This document shows positions 38,866-39,070 of a DNA stretch of 39,070 nt, piece by piece. The position numbers were made by a program, and so were the translations under genes. Each line of letters starts with the position of its first letter. Position 1 is the first letter of the stretch. The notes beneath the pieces were generated by a model, which had not been told where the DNA came from, made no database searches, and saw only the letters and a list, made by a program, of their open reading frames with translations. Source of the stretch: Thermoplasmatota archaeon (GTDB lineage: Archaea > Thermoplasmatota > Penumbrarchaeia > Penumbrarchaeales > Penumbrarchaeaceae); NCBI GenBank assembly GCA_965234725.1, contig CBDDUX010000067.1, positions 1 to 39,070 on the forward strand. Reading direction: 5' to 3'.

Positions 38866-39012
38866 TAAGGGAAAAGGAGAAGGAGGAGCGGTTCACCTTT
38901 TTGGGTGTGGGGGATAGATGAAGAGGGTTCCATGGGGAATGCCTGGATGAAGATATCAGGTGTTCCGCATCCTCCTTTGGGGTCCTTTTTCCCCTTATTG
39001 AACAGTTCAATA
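38866..39012. other. Long imperfect fold-back followed by an 8-1-8 palindrome
   Basis: TAAGGGAAAAGGA.AAGGAGGA-GCGG-TT-CACCT pairs with AGGTG-TT-CCGC-A-TCCTCCTT...TCCTTTTTCCCCTTA. TATTGAAC-A-GTTCAATA lies at 38996-39012. Confidence 0.5.
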
Positions 39013-39070
39013 TTATTTTGTACCCCTTTAGGAAGATTGAAAGGGTTAAGAGAGCAAGTTTTAAATAACG

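Noticed and set aside
38828..39010. 61-aa N-terminal extension of the MBL ORF
   Set aside because: It overlaps the fold-back region, and the family-like sequence begins at MAQEVLQG.

Overview
Archaeal chromosomal segment, probably Thermoplasmatota. The taxonomy is inferred from the archaeal thiolase/HMGCS/DUF35 genes, GGTGA/GGAGG Shine-Dalgarno sites, TATA boxes, a DnaJ domain and large C-terminally anchored surface proteins. From 1 to 26 kb it carries two divergent beta-helix (NosD/CASH-like) surface proteins, one ending in a cytoplasmic J-domain. It also has a thiolase next to a DUF35-HMG-CoA-synthase-like fusion lacking the catalytic Cys and Glu, a Fic protein, a membrane nuclease-fold protein with a wHTH gene, an acidic DxDxDG protein, an S8 protease, corA, a gamma-carbonic-anhydrase-like protein, MscS and an M32 carboxypeptidase. 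From 26.4 to 37.75 kb is a block bracketed by two direct copies of a ~110-nt hairpin-bearing non-coding element. It holds a wHTH gene, two FG-GAP beta-propeller surface proteins and a membrane Mrr-like protein. The main finding is inside this block and absent from the ORF track: five tandem 22-29 aa peptide genes (31867-32376). Each has its own SD site and all share the C-terminal motif W[LI]RNVN[KR]x[FY]P[VIL][YF]xR-stop, conserved through synonymous changes. No tRNA, rRNA, CRISPR array, integrase or transposase was recognised.
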